Source: Schmidtea nova
Lineage: Eukaryota
Reading direction: 5' to 3'
Length of the DNA: 64,000 nucleotides
Assembly (NCBI GenBank): GCA_044892505.1
Contig: CM097883.1
Span: 358,298,001 to 358,362,000, forward strand
Below the pieces are notes generated by a model that was given only the letters and a program-made list of their open reading frames with translations, had not been told where the DNA came from and did not search any database. Below are positions 61,850 to 64,000 of this stretch, in pieces (the first letter of the stretch is position 1; each line of letters begins with the position of its first letter). The position numbers were made by a program, and so were the translations under genes.

Positions 61850-63755
61850 CACTTTTCGCTCATTTTTCAATTGTGCCCGTACATTTGCCATTTTTTTATA
61901 TTGATGACTCGAGATGAAGAATCTTGCCAAAAATGGAATACATCCAATAATCATTTTCCATGACCATCCGGAAATTGTATATATCCTGTGAGTGGACAAT
62001 ATTTGTGATATTACTACCTTTACTGTTACTGCTATTACATAAATACCAATTAAACCTGCACATGCTTGTCCCGAAAATATAAATTTACCCCAAATCTTTT
62101 CCATTGTTTTGTAAGTAGCTCGTTTAAAATCATCAGGTGTCAGCAAATATTCGTAATTAACTTTTCCTTCTCCATTCGGCAATATTTTATCAATCATTTC
62201 TGAAATCACACGTTCCTTTTTTGACGGAAATAACAAATTTCTTTGGGCCTCTTCAATGTCTTCGCTCACATATAGACCCATTTGTGCCATTTTGTTCATT
62301 GATGTAAAATTTGTTAAGTATTCTAAATTCGTTAATTCCAGTTTGTCTGGCGTTCTTACTCCTCTGTAACCTGGTAACGCTATCCATGAATCTTGTGTTA
62401 ATCGATATAATGGAGCTAATAATCGATTATATTGTAAGATTTTCGGTTTAACTAGTTCTTCAAGCAATATTCTGGTTATCGATTCCATGAATCGTAGTTT
62501 CCCGCCAACACTTACTGACAATTCGTTTGTACATTTCTCATATTTTGCGATTTTTACTGTAATTTCTTTGCATTTGTAACTGTATAGCGCTTCTCCAGAT
62601 TCTTGCAAATACACCGTTTTCTGAGATTAGCATAGGTGCTACTATGTTTGGATTGGTAATCGCCATAGCCATTCGATTTCGGAGTATTTCTTTATTTAAT
62701 TTACAATCGTTCAATATCATTTCCCTGTATATGTTCTCCATGATGTTTTGGCTAAAATGAAATAAATAATCAATTTTATTGTTAAAATAATGGGTTAATT
62801 TGATATCATCCCTATGAATTCTCGTTTAGGCTTCCTGTACAATTGTTTTCGACACGTATACTCCTTTGTAATTCGTTGCATAAACTATTTGGCCACACTT
62901 ACTTTTTTATAAAACGCATACTATCCGTTGGTAAGGTTGACATCAAAACCGTCGCGGTTTGTCCTGTCCAAACTGGAGTTCACCTGACTGTAACATTCGG
63001 TTTATAGTTAACTTTGAAGTTGTCTGGTCTCTCCCTAAATTGCTCTCCAATTAATTCCTTAAAATTCATTGTTTTTAAATGAGCTAGGTTACATATATTG
63101 GTTTTGACATCGTAAACAAGAATTGATTCTCCTGTGTGACAGCTAGTTTGTTTATATTACAAAATGGATGAGTTTGTAGTTATCCTGTATCATCGTGAAA
63201 AGATCCTTCAAATACTCTCAGTTCCGTTAAATATTCCTCTATTACTACTGTTTGTTTAATCACTTTATCTTTTATTTTGTACGGTTCACCCTCACAATCG
63301 CCGTCAGATTTCATCACTCCCTTTACTAACAATGTTTCTCGAATTTGATGATTTACTTTGGCTTTCAGTCGAATTTCAGGACTGATTTTTAATTCCCCCG
63401 TTTGAAATGCTGTTAAGCAATTTACTAGCAATACGTTCACTGGTCGTGGAATAGCGTGCATTTTTATTAATGATGTGTGGCTCCATTTCCCACAAAAGAA
63501 TACAAAAGTGGTTTGTTTTACAATGCATTCTCTAACTTTAGTACGTCGTAAATCTGACTCTTGATACACGTGGTATTTTACTTCGTTTTCAATCTTCAAT
63601 TTTCGAGGATATGCGTCTGGGCACTCTGACATATCAACCACTGAATAAATCTTTCCCATTTCTGTTTGTGAACAATCGTATGCCACTAATGATGTCGTTT
63701 GTGTAATAACTGCACATAGAATAATCATCATAAACATTATCCTGGGGAATATCAT
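61850..63755 (-). pseudogene. Chuvirus-like class III fusion glycoprotein (env-like)
   Basis: Signal peptide, then AYDC, C...F.CG..SH, C..AF.TG, DGDCEG, GEALYSYKC..I.V, C.NEL.V......F.E.ITRIL, GLY...D....L.FP, TM AGLIGIYVI..., GWSW. The motif order matches chuviral and retroelement-captured glycoproteins as I recall them. Confidence 0.8.
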
Positions 63756-64000
63756 AGTTTTCCTCAGTTTTGGACTTACTTTTTCGTTTATTTGTCTTTG
63801 AGGTGAATCATCATCTCTTTGTTTCTTTCTTTTCTTTATTACAGATGAATTCAGCGCTCTCCAGCCTCTAAGCTCTTTAATCCACTTTATTAGATACTCG
63901 TTTACCATTCTTGCCGCAGTATCGATTAAACTATCGAACTTATCTGACCTTGTAAATGCTTGAATGCCAATCTCGGATACAACATATGTTAAGCTGGTTA

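Larger units (their letters stand above)
57800..64000 (-). mobile_element. Gypsy-type retroelement derivative with class III glycoprotein, protease, integrase tail, second membrane protein and adjacent exonuclease; RT/RH deleted; runs off the window edge
   Basis: See component features; homologous to 2908-5110. Membership of the exonuclease in the element is inferred from adjacency and orientation. Confidence 0.75.

Noticed and set aside
61750-61870. TAATG stop-start or programmed -1 frameshift between glycoprotein and protease
   Set aside because: The sister copy has ATAATA rather than the ATG and one extra base at the upstream junction, so a 1-nt deletion in this copy explains the pattern better.

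Overview
Eukaryotic, very AT-rich, transposon-dense window with hard-masked N runs. Host introns are only 42-50 nt; with the (AAT)n tracts, cecropia-type mariner and long-LTR remnants this suggests an invertebrate, possibly a planarian (inference). Main contents: (1) a ~11.6 kb Polinton/Maverick (12.7-24.3 kb): pPolB, protease, major capsid, two tandem penton paralogues, integrase, ATPase remnant and small core-like ORFs, several of them interrupted by 40-49 nt spliceosomal introns; (2) three Penelope-like elements (RT + GIY-YIG) and a palindromic mini-derivative, whose terminal repeats carry a minimal U3-A8 hammerhead ribozyme motif; (3) two differently deleted copies (2.9-5.1 kb and 57.8-64 kb) of an unusual Gypsy-type element. 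It has a chuvirus-like class III fusion glycoprotein upstream of the aspartic protease, a second membrane protein fused after the integrase C-terminus, and a nearby DEDDh exonuclease ORF bracketed by a perfect 18-bp inverted repeat; (4) a degenerate short-LTR Gypsy with a nested mariner, hAT, Helitron, IS630/Tc1 and MITE remnants, and pieces of a ~1.2 kb LTR family; (5) host sequence: ankyrin-repeat exons (one repeat per exon), a MAP3K-like kinase exon and an alpha-tubulin pseudogene. The most novel-looking system is (3). All assignments are by eye from motifs; no searches were run.
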